Below are positions 63,703 through 64,000 of a stretch of 64,000 nucleotides of DNA, one piece after another. The DNA is taken from contig CAVUFG010000018.1 in the NCBI GenBank assembly GCA_963740815.1, forward strand, positions 1,041,426 through 1,105,425, written 5' to 3'. Each line of letters starts with the position of its first letter. The stretch's first letter is position 1. Below the pieces are notes generated by a model, which saw only the letters and a program-made list of their open reading frames with translations, ran no database searches and was not told where the DNA came from. A program made the position numbers and the translations under genes. The DNA comes from an uncultured Actinomycetota bacterium (GTDB lineage: Bacteria; Actinomycetota; Actinomycetes; Actinomycetales; Microbacteriaceae).

Positions 63703-64000
63703 CTAGACCTCGAGCGTGCCGCTGAAGACCAGGTCGGCCGGACCCGACAGGGCCACGTGCTCGACCCCGCCGGACTCGAACACGCGCACGCCGACCCGCC
63801 CGCCGGGGACGTCAACTCGCCAGACGTCCGGCGCGCCGTCTCCCGCGTAGTGGCGGATCGCGAGGGCGGCGGCCGCGGCCCCGGTGCCGCACGAGAGGGT
63901 CTCGCCGCTCCCGCGCTCGTGCACGCGCATCCGGATGTGCCCGACGCCGTCGTGCACGAGGGGCTCTGCGGGCACGACGAACTCGACGTTCGCGCCATCC
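63703..64000 (-). CDS. dapF: Diaminopimelate epimerase, 3' part (runs off the window end)
   Basis: [32 protein letters not shown]. Confidence 0.92.
   Translation of the reverse strand, partial: DGANVEFVVPAEPLVHDGVGHIRMRVHERGSGETLSCGTGAAAAALAIRHYAGDGAPDVWRVDVPGGRVGVRVFESGGVEHVALSGPADLVFSGTLEV

Overview
High-GC actinobacterial chromosome segment. The 16S rRNA and gene order point to Microbacteriaceae. Almost all genes are on the minus strand and are core functions: der-cmk-tyrA-rluB-scpBA-parA, xerD-NUDIX-pyrG, recN-NAD kinase-tlyA, a complete 16S-23S-5S operon, tyrS, an arg cluster (argCJBDF, a membrane protein, argH; no argR or argG in the window), pheST, gluABCD, infC-rpmI-rplT, priA-hisHBC, LysM/lexA, metE and metH (divergent), a CbrT-like ECF transporter behind metF, hflX and dapF. 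I found no CRISPR, prophage or transposase. Many genes between about 23 and 57 kb have frame breaks that look like uncorrected long-read indels. The most notable signals are non-coding or very small: (1) an unannotated, apparently leaderless, Arg-rich 26-aa ORF with a downstream hairpin just ahead of argC, a candidate arginine attenuator; (2) a 28-nt element, 27/28 identical, in the 5' leaders of both metE and metF, each with a CGTAACA word exactly 26 bp upstream of the -10 box, a candidate riboswitch or regulon element I do not recognise; (3) a 10-codon minicistron linking argJ to argB; (4) tandem RecA-NDp/PafBC-like motifs interleaved with SOS boxes; (5) a GlnR-like box upstream of gluA. All calls were made by eye, with no database search or folding run.
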